Shown here: positions 1-11,000 of the stretch, piece after piece
How the letters are laid out: every line of letters starts with the position of its first letter
Position numbering within the stretch: position 1 is the first letter of the stretch
Assembly: GCA_002269645.1 (NCBI GenBank)
Contig: NIVC01000268.1
Span: 372,001 to 436,000 of the forward strand
Direction of reading: 5' to 3'
Length of the DNA stretch: 64,000 nucleotides
From: Macrostomum lignano
Lineage: Eukaryota
Notes under the pieces: generated by a model
The model's input: only the letters and a program-made list of their open reading frames with translations
The model's database searches: none
Told to the model about the DNA's origin: nothing
Position numbers and translations under genes: made by a program

Positions 1-1
1 T

Positions 2-3000
2 CGCTTAGCCGCCGTGAAATTCTCCAGCTTCCTTGGAGCTCCATCGCCTTTATTGGCTTGTCCACCTGAGTTCGAGCTTGCGAACAACGATGCCAATGGC
101 CGTCTACTGCTCAAGCTTGAGCACACTTTGCCAACTGGTTCGTTTAAAGTTAGAGGTGCATTCAACAAAATTAGTAGCACAATGCAAAATGCTACTGCTG
201 ACGGCCAGGTGAGTGCCTTTAGCGACCACCTAGGTAATCTTACTGCGAAGACTCAATTTATTGCATGCTCAAAATAGAACCTGTGAGAGTTGCTCGGATT
301 CACGCTTATTATAAAATACAAATAGGAACAAAAAGCAACTTAGGTCAACCGAGAAATAAAAACTAGAAACCGGGACCGACCACTGCACCGGCTGTGGGCA
401 GTACAACTCGGCTCGGATGATATGGCCTTGGCCTGCCCGCTGGGACGGGACACGCCGGTGCGGCGATAGAGTGCCGCATTGGTAACTCGCTCGTAGGCTC
501 GAAAATTGCTGCCTCGATGTCGTCCGGCACGCAGAGCACGACAGTCCTCTGCGTGTTGAACACCAGGCCGATGCTCACCGCAACGCTCACCAGCCGGTCC
601 AGCTGGCGCTGGGCGCCCTCGACGGTCGAGGACAGCAGGGCGAGATCGTCAGCGTAGTCAAGCACGCACGGTTGGCGATGACCCACGCGTCGCTGCAGCA
701 GGAAGCCGTCGTCGTTAGAAGGAAGAGCCGTCCGCAGCACCCAGTCAAGCACCAGAACGAACAGAAACGGCGCAAGCATATCTCCCTGAAGCAACCCAGA
801 AAATGTCTGAAAGAAATCCTACAGGCCTTCCAATGTTAGCACAGCAGCGCTCGTGTCGTGATTCTGCGCTTTGATGGCGGAAACCAGCTGCTCTGGCACG
901 TTGCACGCACGAAGCACCATTTACTGTTTAAGATCATCATGAAGTGAAATGGAGCTCAGAACTATTTTAACAGCCTTAATGCTGCAAAGAAAACTACTCA
1001 GAAATTGCTGTCGATAATACATGTAAGTTGTGATAATTTATTTTCAGGTTACACTGAAATTCTCACAACAATTTTCAACAAAATCTGTTTGAAAACTATA
1101 AAAGCAGTTCAACTGTGCGGAACCGACAATGGTATGCAATGAAAGCTACTTTGAAATTTCTTGGGCCTGCAGATAGCCATGTCTGAAGCAAAATGATAGC
1201 AAATTTTGCTGCGGCGTTCAAAGCCATAAGCGCTTCTTCTGTACCTGGGTTTACAGGAATCAGCACTGCTATCAGCACTGTGTCTAAAGTCTGTCGCTGC
1301 GAGTTGCAAATTAACCTGCTAAAACTATTTAATGCATACTAAGCAACATTGAAAGCTGTCGCCACTCTATGCACCAGCAGTGAGCACTTTCTCTTGGTCT
1401 ATTCTGAAATTCCGTCCAACTCTTGCACACCGCTTCCCCTGCACTTCATTCCTCAACTCAAGTCTGCCGCGTGGCGTGGCTGAGTTGCGTCACTCGCAAA
1501 GAGACAGAATCTTCTGTTGTGGCGAACTTTCGATGTTGCTGGGAATTATCGTTTTCTTTTGTTTTCTTTTCTGTAGAATGATCAACTGTCTTTCGTCCTT
1601 CACGAATGGTTTCCTTCATCGCAAAGTCGAAAGCACTAGCTGGTGTCGTAAAAAAATTTGGATCTTTTCGGGAGAAGTCCTTTTTTAGACTACACGTGAC
1701 ATAGTGCTGCAGCATGGCAAACATGCCTTTCAGACTTGACACGCTGTACATGCTCCCAACCGGTTTGCTCACTTCGAAAAAGAATCGCCCCAGAAGATAG
1801 TTCCAATCGCCTTAACTCCATTCTTTGATCGGTTTGAGAACAAGAAGTCCTTAGTTTTCTTTGCACTGTATCTGTTTAAATCGGCCTTGCGTGTCTCATT
1901 TCATTACATGGTAGTCATAGAAGACTAAAATTCACGAATTCTTTAGCCCTTTCATCCGCTGTTAAAAGCTGCCACATGAAAACTATTTGAACATTTTATT
2001 TCTGTTCCCTACTTGACGCAGGCACCGCCGCACTTCGTCACTAGCAGTTCTGGCAACCACGTGCTCGCCTGCTGTCACGTGTGGCAGCAGCTGGGGGTGT
2101 CGGGCAGCTCGGTTTTCGTCCCTACCACGGTGGCCCCGGCCAAGGAGGCCAAACTCGCTCGGCTGCACCAGGCTGGTCTCATTCGGCTCAGCAAAGTCGG
2201 CCGCGAGTGCCTGGAAACCGAGCTGGCAGGTCGCGAGTTCGCTCTCCGCTGCCCGGGCTCAGTGTACGTGCCGCCCTACTCGGACTGGGAGGTCATCCGA
2301 GGTCAGGGCTCGGCCGCATTCGAGCTGTTCCCAGATCCGACCGGGACCGGCTGGGCCGGGCAGCTGTCCGCCAACTCCGATTGGCTGGCGGCTGGTCACG
2401 TGACTCTGCTTGTGCCGACGGGCGGCGGCGGCCTATTGGCTGGCGTGGCTCTGTGCGCCAAGCTGGGCCGGAGCGGCCTGCGGACGACTGTGATTGGCTG
2501 CCAGCCCGAGGCGGATCAGGTGCTGGCCAAGTCTGTGCAGGTATGCCTTATCTTAATTTGCTTATCAATAAGTAGCAGGATTCAAATAGTAAAGGTGGTC
2601 TCAGATCCAAACAAGTTTCTATAGGCTGAGAGCGAGTCACGTGATAATTGTTTCATCCAATAGCAGCGCAGCGTGTAACTCCTGCCAATAAAGACAGAAT
2701 TGTAGCAGATGGCACCGTGGTCGTAAAACACACCATTAAGAATTCTTAGTGAGGTAATTACCTGATAATTACATTTATTATCGAGGCCGGTCGACTTCTA
2801 AGCTACGACGAGGCCGGTTCGCGCGAGACGGTGGCGCAGGGCACGGCTGGCGCTGTGGAAGACGGCTCGCCGACCTTTGAAGTTTGCCGCCAGCACGTGG
2901 ACCGCTGGTGCTCGGTGACGGAGCAGGAGATCGCCCGGGCCTGCCTGCGACTCAACAAAATTTTAGCGGCCGAAGGGCAACCGAGAGCGGAGCCAGCGGC

Positions 3001-3139
3001 CGCCTTGGGAGTCGCTGCAGCCCTGAAGCTGGCAGGGTCGCTGCCTGCGGGGCCCGTCGTAGCCTTCGTGACGGGCGGCAACGTGGGTGACGCCGAGATG
3101 GAGCTGGTGAAGAAGCTGGCTGATGAGGAAGACTTGTAA
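2..3139 (+). CDS. PLP-dependent serine/threonine dehydratase / serine racemase-family protein (fold-type II), 5'-partial, 3 exons: <2-208, 2022-2540, 2786-3139
   Basis: Motifs LKLEHTLPTGSFKVRGA (PLP lysine), TSSSGNH, PPYSDWEVIRGQG, VPTGGGGLLAG, GCQPE and FVTGGN. GT-AG boundaries are all phase 0. No C-terminal ACT domain. The reading frame is open to the window edge. Confidence 0.85.
238..267 (+). other. Spliced-leader (SL) exon-like relic in intron 1 of the dehydratase gene
   Basis: TCTTACTGCGAAGACTCAATTTATTGCATG matches, from memory, the 3' 30 nt of the Macrostomum SL exon. Flatworm SLs end in ATG. No GT donor follows it and I see no Sm site downstream, so it is not an intact SL RNA gene. 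Confidence 0.65.
440..925 (-). mobile_element. Degraded non-LTR retrotransposon (RTE-like) reverse transcriptase fragment
   Basis: ORF 363-794 has QGDMLAPFLF and DYADDLALL RT motifs. The upstream frame (VLRACNVPEQLVSAI...) continues across a stop. It lies in the dehydratase intron, antisense. Confidence 0.85.
1440..1830 (-). mobile_element. Crypton-type tyrosine recombinase fragment (core-binding/N-terminal part)
   Basis: Reads DWNYLLGRFFFEVSKPVGSMYSVSSLKGMFAMLQHY...KDPNFF...AFDFAMKETIREG. This fits the Crypton/DUF3504-associated pattern L..FF.EVRK.DG..Y..SSL..M.A.L.RY...D..F...D..MK...G. Confidence 0.6.
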
Positions 3140-3779
3140 TTGAGCTGACTCAATATTTACAGTTTTTAACCAGACTAATTCCGAACACAAAAGTAGAAGC
3201 TACGACTTTACAACCGTTAGCTTTTTAGCTTTCATTTACCGTCCCTAAAAACTTTTACTCAATAATTCTTGTGGACAGCTGAAGTAGAAGGGTGCTGCAC
3301 TTGCAGTTGCATGGTTCGAATTTCGCTATACGGCGATTTTCTTCACTGCGTAACAGAAGCTTTTCACTTCAGTCAGAGCGGAGTCCACAGGCTGTTGACC
3401 CTCTGCGCTTTGTGTATTTTTGTCTTCATCAGCCTTCTCATATTCCTCTGTCTGTTCTTCGCCTTCCTTTTCAAGCAGTTCCTCTTGTACTTCTTACTCT
3501 ATGTCTTCACTATTGTTTTGACAATCTAAATAATAATTTGGAAATTGAAAACGAGAAACGCATACAGGGAACTGCAGCAGCTGGTTGGCAAACTGGTATT
3601 GGCCATAGAGTCCGTGGACAATCTAATGGATGCCAAGCCATTCTATGTGATCATTTTAGCTGCCAAATGTTTTCAACAGATTAACGAAACAATAACTCAA
3701 CAAAAAGTCAATGTAGAGGGATTAAAATGCAGTAGAACAAAAGATGACAAAGGATGGCGCAAGCGTCAAGAAGGGATTC

Positions 3780-3966
3780 TGCTGCAGCTGCTGATCCAGA
3801 AACTCTGCCATCTCGGCGTCGACTTTGCAGAGCGACTGCTTGCTCTGTCCACGCACGCAGTTGGCATTGGCAGCTGCAGCACCCTTGCTGCCTCTTTGAT
3901 GGAGTGCCCAGCGTTGATGGCATCCATCAGGCGACGGCGATCTGCTTCACTTGTTTGAGGCGGCAT
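3780..3966 (-). mobile_element. Degenerate Tc1/IS630-like transposase N-terminal HTH fragment
   Basis: MPPQTSEADRRRLMDAINAGHSIKEAARVLQLPMPTA, then after a frameshift CKVDAEMAEFLDQQLQQNPFLTL. This resembles tandem HTH domains. No DDE domain is seen. Confidence 0.4.
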
Positions 3967-4589
3967 TCTGCTGCTGCTGGTGTGTTTACATTTTGCTGCT
4001 GCTAGTACGCGAAATAAGAGAAATTCTCATTTAGAAAGGTTTTTTATCGATTAGATTGTCCATGGTTCTGATTGAATTTAAAATCTTATCGAAGTTCTAT
4101 ATTGGTTACAGAAAATCAATCAAGTCAAACTCCCTTACGTCTGTATCAGTGTCTGAATTGATGCTGTCCCATGATTTTGCGTGCCCGCTAGTTTCGTCTA
4201 TGGTTAATGGAAGGTAATATGAGGGTAGAATTTTAGTTAATGGTCAAGGGGACTAGTGCTTTCAGCTCCTAGGTTCGATATGCTCCATTGGTCGAAATGT
4301 CAATTCGCGGTAATGACCTCTGATTAATGATCAGTCATCAACTGTATCGTATGCTTCGGCCAAAGACAATGTATGTTTCCACAATGGACAATGTATGTAT
4401 GTTTCAGCCATAGACAATATGTTTCCGCCATAGACAATGTATGTATGTTTCGGCCATAAACAATATATGTATGTTTTGCACTCATGACCTTGGCAATTAC
4501 CCTAAATTTTCGCTCCATATTAAACTTCCATTAATTGAATTGTCTATGGCCGAAACAGGCGGTCAGTATAACGACAGAGAGGCATGCCG

Positions 4590-5925
4590 CATGATCATGA
4601 GCTCCCCCCGTCTGCTCCTTACGATGGCCTCAACGCCTTCCTCAACATTCCCCCGCTGGACATCTTTGACCGCAGGGAATTGCGGCTAAGACTGCCCGCC
4701 GTCTGATTGACGCTGGCATTCGTATCCTGCCTCATAGGGCCAAGCGCAAGCTCCTGCCTCACGCCGACCTCTGCCGCAAAGACTTGAGAGACGGCGGGGG
4801 GCTCCACGTCCTATCTGACGGCGAACCCCGCACTCTCAACCTCCTTCAGCGCTACAAGGTCACCATCCCCTCAAGGATGCTGCCACTGACAACTGGAATT
4901 TCCAGGAGGTCCATGCTACACGGACGGATCCATTAAAGACGGCCACGCCGGCTTTGGGGTCTGCATCATCATCAACGGCCGCGTCATTGCCACTGGCAGA
5001 CTCTCCACAGTCTTCCAGAACGAAGTCCTTGCTATCAGCTCCTGTGACGCAGAGCTGAATGCCTAGGGTACGAGAGGAGAGACTATTGTCATCCACTCTG
5101 ATAGCCAAATGGCCTTACAGGCCCTTTGCCATACCACCACGAACTCCCAGACAGTCGCCGACTGCGCCCGGCAGCTCAACTTCCTGGCCAGTAGCAATAC
5201 TGTCAGGCTGAAGTGGATCCCAGGGCACGTAGCGTTTCCAGGGAACGAGCTGGCAGACACCCTCGCCAAGAGGGGCGGCTCTGACTGTTTTTCTGGCCCT
5301 GTTCCCCTGTTCCCTATCAAGGGCCACTAGCATATAAGTTAAGTAGTCCTTGGTCCCTATCCCTTCGACGGTCATCAATCGTCAGATTGCTGACTGGGCT
5401 GATTCCCTACACAGGGACAGATGGGCGGACACCCAAAACTGCCGGCAATCTCGTGCCGCGGTTTCGTGCCCCTCTCGCAGGCTCAGAAACGTTCTTCTGA
5501 ACCAATATCGGAAGGATATCCGGGCCCTCGTCATGACCTTTACCGGCCATGGCTACCTCGCCAGACACCGCTTCCTCCGAGGCGATCTCGAAAGTGAACT
5601 TTGCCCCTTTCGCGAGTACGACAATGAAGATGCTCAGCACTTCGTTTGTCACTGCCCTTTCTTCACCAGAGACCGGCTACGCTACCTCGGGCCGAACCCG
5701 TCCATTGACGAGGTCTGCCAGCCCGACAGCATCCCACGGCACATCCAGTTCCTTCGGGCGACAAGACTGAGCCACTTTTTCCCCACGGAATATCACGCTG
5801 CAGGACGGACCGGCGGACCACCCTGACCGGCCCCGCGCTTCTGCCTGTCTGCGGGCCTTCAGGGGCTGGCGGAATGGGCGACCCTCGCCTCCCTGCTGTG
5901 TCTACGGACCACCCTGCAGCTAAGT
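4590..5925 (+). mobile_element. 3' portion of a non-LTR retrotransposon (I/LOA/R1-type) with RNase H and a C-terminal Zn finger, pseudogenised
   Basis: Broken frames give ..DGSIKDGHAGFG..TVFQNEVLAI..IVIHSDSQMALQAL..VRLKWIPGHVAFPGNELADTLAK (RNase H). They continue into TGHGYLARHRF..ELCPF..EDAQHFVCHCP (Zn knuckle). Stops and frameshifts are present. Confidence 0.88.
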
Positions 5926-5928
5926 TTG

Positions 5929-6775
5929 GTGACTCCTCTGTGTCTAACAGGTGACTCTTCTGTGTCTAACAGGTGACTCCTCTGTGTCTAACAGGTGACT
6001 CCTCTGTGTCTAACAGGTGACTCATCTGTGTCTAACAGGTGACTCCTCTGTGTCTAACAGGTGACTCTTCTGTGTCTAACAGGTGACTCTTCTGTGTCTA
6101 ACAGGTGACTCTTCTGTGTCTAACAGGTGACTCCTCTGTGTCTAACAGGTGACTCTTCTGTGTCTAACAGGTGACTCCTCTGTGTCTAACAGGTGACTCC
6201 TCTGTGTCTAACAGGTGACTCCTCTGTGTCTAACAGGTGACTCCTCTGTGTCTAACAGGTGACTCCTCTGTGTCTAACAGGTGACTCCTCTGTGTCTAAC
6301 AGGTGACTCCTCTGTGTCTAACAGGTGACTCTTCTGTGTCTAACAGGTGACTCTTCTGTGTCTAACAGGTGACTCCTCTGTGTCTAACAGGTGACTCCTC
6401 TGTGTCTAACAGGTGACTCTTCTGTGTCTAACAGGTGACTCTTCTGTGTCTAACAGGTGACTCTTCTGTGTCTAACAGGTGACTCTTCTGTGTCTAACAG
6501 GTGACTCCTCTGTGTCTAACAGGTGACTCTTCTGTGTCTAACAGGTGACTCTTCTGTGTCTAACAGGTGACTCCTCTGTGTCTAACAGGTGACTCCTCTG
6601 TGTCTAACAGGTGACTCCTCTGTGTCTAACAGGTGACTCCTCTGTGTCTAACAGGTGACTCTTCTGTGTCTAACAGGTGACTCCTCTGTGTCTAACAGGT
6701 GACTCCTCTGTGTCTAACAGGTGACTCCTCTGTGTCTAACAGGTGACTCCTCTGTGTCTAACAGGTGACTCCTCT
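5929..6775 (+). repeat. 22-bp minisatellite (GTGACTCCTCTGTGTCTAACAG)n, ~38 copies (family A, array 1)
   Basis: Directly visible tandem repeat with C/T variants. It begins immediately after the LINE 3' end. Confidence 0.97.
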
Positions 6776-7402
6776 ATTCAACAGATTGTTCTCGAAACCA
6801 TTAAATAAAATTAACACTATAAAAACTAACATTATCCGAATAGAATTTAGAATGAAAACAAAATTTACTGGTAAATTAGAAAAATTAATTATACTTTGCA
6901 ATCAAAAGGTTTATTTTACTTATAAAAAAAGAAGATATTCAGAACGCTGAAGTTTATTACGAGTAACTATTGAATAATTTAGCAACTTAATTTTAATTTA
7001 CAGTATTTTGATTTATCGCAATCGGCTTTTTCGTCGTTATCATAAATGACACTACCGGTAATGACACGAGTGACGCGAATGACACTAAAAGTATAAGTAG
7101 TACATTAAATAATCTACACAAAGTTAAGCTTGTTACAGGAAAGCTCTTAAAATCATAGTTAAACTTGTGTTTTTATGTTTTAAAAATCGATTAGAAAAGT
7201 GTTAGATTAAAATTCAAGAGAAATTGACAAGCTCATGTTAAAGAAAATAAAATAGGAAGGGGTTGAAAAATCTAAGAAAAACTTTAAGGCAGTAAAGTAA
7301 TTAAAAATATCCTTTGTCTGGTAAACTTTAAGTAAACCACAGAAAAAACTGCATAGTCTATGGTGCCATTTGTTTTCTTCACCCCAGAAGAGATTTCAGC
7401 GA

Positions 7403-7549
7403 AGGAGTTCTATAATTAGCATCCTGGAGTGGAAACGAGTTCTACTATGCTACTCGCAAAAAGACTAAATGAGCTTCACAAACTGCGTGGCCTCATGAAG
7501 TAAAAGCGAAAAACTCGTTTTCACTTCAGATGCTAATTATAGAACTCCT
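7403..7549. mobile_element. Small inverted-repeat element (MITE-like), ~38-bp imperfect TIRs
   Basis: AGGAGTTCTATAATTAGCATC..GAGTGGAAACGAGTT at 7403-7441 is the reverse complement of AACTCGTTTTCACTTCAGATGCTAATTATAGAACTCCT at ~7512-7549. No clear TSD. Confidence 0.55.
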
Positions 7550-8022
7550 AGTTTCAGCTTAACGCGTGTTAGTTGTTAGTCCGTCGAGAATTTCTATGAG
7601 AGAAAGGCAAACTTGATTAAGGCACGTGTTGCCTCACGTGGAAAATACACTACGGCGATAGGAAGTTTTCATTTTTTCAGCACAAAGTTTTTCAGTACTT
7701 GAGTAGTCTTTGAAAAGAGTATTCTAGAACTTTCTAGAAAGCTAGAATGCGCACGAGGTGGCTGCGTGATTCGTGATTCTATGCTGGTGTCGGTTTTTTG
7801 CAATTTGTGCCCACAAACTTTTGTCAAAGACTGCCTTGCGCGGTAAGCCGATTCATGCCACATAGCTTAAAGTCAAGTACAAGTTTTCATGTGGAATGCT
7901 ACTTATTAATAGCGTACGTATCATAAACAGATATTCCAGGCAATCATTAAAAACTGATTAGACCAAATTTTCTAGCAAAAATTTCTAAATTTCGACACGT
8001 GAACTGACACGTAGATCACACG

Positions 8023-11000
8023 TTACATTACTAGACACGTAGCAGATTTCGGATTAACGCTAAATGTTCCCGTAATTTCGTTGAATGCGACGCCATCGTT
8101 TTCACTGCCGCTTTCCACGGATGTAGTGGCGGCAGTGGCGGCGGCGGCGGATTGCGCAACGGAAGTGGTTGTAGTTGCTGCTGTCGGACGTTTCGTCAGC
8201 TTGAGCCCGGCATAGGCAGCCACGGGTCCGCAGTCGATGGCCAGATAGTTCAAGTCTGGCGTGAATGCCAAACAGTTTATGCCGTGCAAAGATTCGAACG
8301 TGCTCAGCACGGTCCAACGAGCAGTCTCCCACACAATGAGACAGTGATCCATGCCAACCGTCACCATTCTCTGATAGTCCGGCGTGAACTGCAGCTTCAG
8401 TACGAAGCTTTTGTGCCGTCGAACGCACCGTTCTAAGCTGCCGCCTTCAACCGACCAGAACAGCAGTGACCGAAATCCTGCGGTGACAAGAGTCCGACCA
8501 TTCGATGGGAAGAACTTCATGCAGATGCAGGAGCTGCGGAGCTGGAATTTTTTTAGATATTTGCCTGAATCGGCTTCGATGAGTTTCACGGAGCCGTCGG
8601 TGCTGGCTGCCGCGGCCAGTCGGCTGTCGTCGCTGACCGCGATGGCGCTGCAGCCCGCCATCATGGTGTCCATCTGGTTGGGGTTCAATGGCCCACTGTC
8701 GCCCGTCTCAAGGCTGTACGCGATTGGAAAGTCGAAAAAGGTGCCGATGCACTGGGGAATGGGAGGTGTTTGAAATTTACTTGACTTCACTTTCAGATGA
8801 CGAGCCGTAATTTTTATAATTAAAATTTTCAACAAAAGCAACATTTTAGACGGGCGAGAAATTGCGAATCTAGTTAGACGGAGAAGAGTCACCTGTTAGA
8901 AGTCACCTGTTAGACAGAAAGAGTCACCTGTTAGACACAGAGGAGTCACCTGTTAGACAGAAGGAGTCACCTGTTAGAAGTCACCTGTTAGACAGAAGGA
9001 GTCACCTGTTAGACACAGAGGAGTCACCTGTTAGAAGTCACCTGTTAGACAGAAAGAGTCACCTGTTAGACACAGAGGAGTCACCTGTTAGACAGAAGGA
9101 GTCACCTGTTAGAAGTCACCTGTTAGACAGAAGGAGTCACCTGTTAGACAGAGAGGAGTCACCTGTTAGACACAGAGGAGTCACCTGTTAGACACAGAGG
9201 AGTCACCTGTTAGACAGAGAGGAGTCACCTGTTAGACACAGAGGAGTCACCTGTTAGACAGAGAGGAGTCACCTGTTAGACACAGAGGAGTCACCTGTTA
9301 GACACAGATGAGTCACCTGTTAGACACAGAGGAGTCACCTGTTAGACACAGAGGAGTCACCTGTTAGACACAGATGATCCACCTGTTAGACACAGAGGAG
9401 TCAACTGTTAGACACAGATGATCCACCTGTTAGACACAGAGGAGTCACCTGTTAGACACAGAGGAGTCACCTGTTAGACACAGAGGAGTCACCTGTTAGA
9501 CACAGATGATCCACCTGTTAGACACAGAGGAGTCACCTAGCTGTTAGACACAGAGGAGTCACCTGTTAGACACAGATGATCCACCTGTTAGACATAGAGG
9601 AGTCACCTGTTAGACACAGAGGAGTCACCTGTTAGACACAGATGATCCACCTGTTAGACACAGAGGAGTCACCTGTTAGACAGAGAGGAGTCACCTGTTA
9701 GACACAGAGGAGTCACCTAGCTGTTAGACACAGAGGAGTCACCTGTTAGACACAGAGGAGTCACCTAGCTGTTAGACACAGAGGAGTCACCTGTTAGACA
9801 GAGGAGTCACCTGTTAGACACAGAGGAGTCACCTGTTAGACACAGAGGAGTCACCTGTTAGACACAGAGGAGTCACCTGTTAGACACAGAGGAGTCACCT
9901 GTTAGACACAGAGGAGTCACCTGTTAGACAGAAGGAGTCACCTGTCAGACACAGAGGAGTCACCTGTTAGACACAGAGGAGTCACCTAGCTGTTAGACAC
10001 AGAGGAGTCACCTGTTAGACACAGAGGAGTCACCTGTTAGACACAGAGGAGTCACCTGTTAGACACAGAGGAGTCACCTGTTAGACACAGATGATCCACC
10101 TGTTAGACACAAAGGAGTCACCTGTCAGACACAGGAGTCACCTGTTAGACACAGAGGAGTCACCTAGCTGTTAGACACAGAGGAGTCACCTGTTAGACAC
10201 AGAGGAGTCACCTGTTAGACACAGATGAGTCACCTGTTAGACACAGAGGAGTCACCTGTTAGACACAGAGGAGTCACCTGTTAGACACAGATGAGTCACC
10301 TGTTAGACACAGATGAGTCACCTGTTAGACACAGAGGAGTCACCTGTTAGAGACAGAGGAGTCACCTGTTAGACACAGAGGAGTCACCCTGTTAGACACA
10401 GAGGAGTCACCTGTTAGACACAGATGAGTCACCTGTTAGACACAGATGAGTCACCTGTTAGACACAGATGAGTCACCTGTTAGACACAGATGACTAGACA
10501 GAGAGGAGTCACCCGTTCGACATGTACTTTACCACCAGTAAAATATCTAACGACTTACAAAGCTCTTAGCAAAATACACAAAATATAGCATTAATTTCTA
10601 TTCACCTTTTTCCCATTTGGCGTGAGCCCGACCTGATTAAAGCCGTACAGTCCGGGCATTTTATGCATTCGCTCCCCAGTTGATAGGTCAAATACGTATC
10701 CGTAGCATTCCATACCGGCTTTACCAGCCACTAGAATGTTGTTGCTAAGAGCCAGACAACTCGGCTCGCCTCCCTCGATCGATAGAGTGTGCAATTCTGC
10801 GCCTAAAATGCATTTAGTTTGTTACATATACACGTACACTACTTTGTTTAATATACTTTAGATGCTATTAACTTACACTTCTTCAGTAGTATGCAGTGCA
10901 GAACGCCGTGCTTTTCGGCAACAACGAGCCAACTTTCGTTGGACTCTGTCAGGCAGATGGGCGATTCGTATTTGCGACTTTGTTTCGGTTTCAGATTTCC

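Noticed and set aside
3269-3760. Short ORFs and an acidic minus-strand stretch (ELLEKEGEEQTEEYEK..)
   Set aside because: No start or splice context and no recognisable domain could be established.
5929-6775. Possible CRISPR-like arrays (here and at other 20-50-bp repeats)
   Set aside because: Units are contiguous with no unique spacers, the context is eukaryotic, and there are no cas genes.
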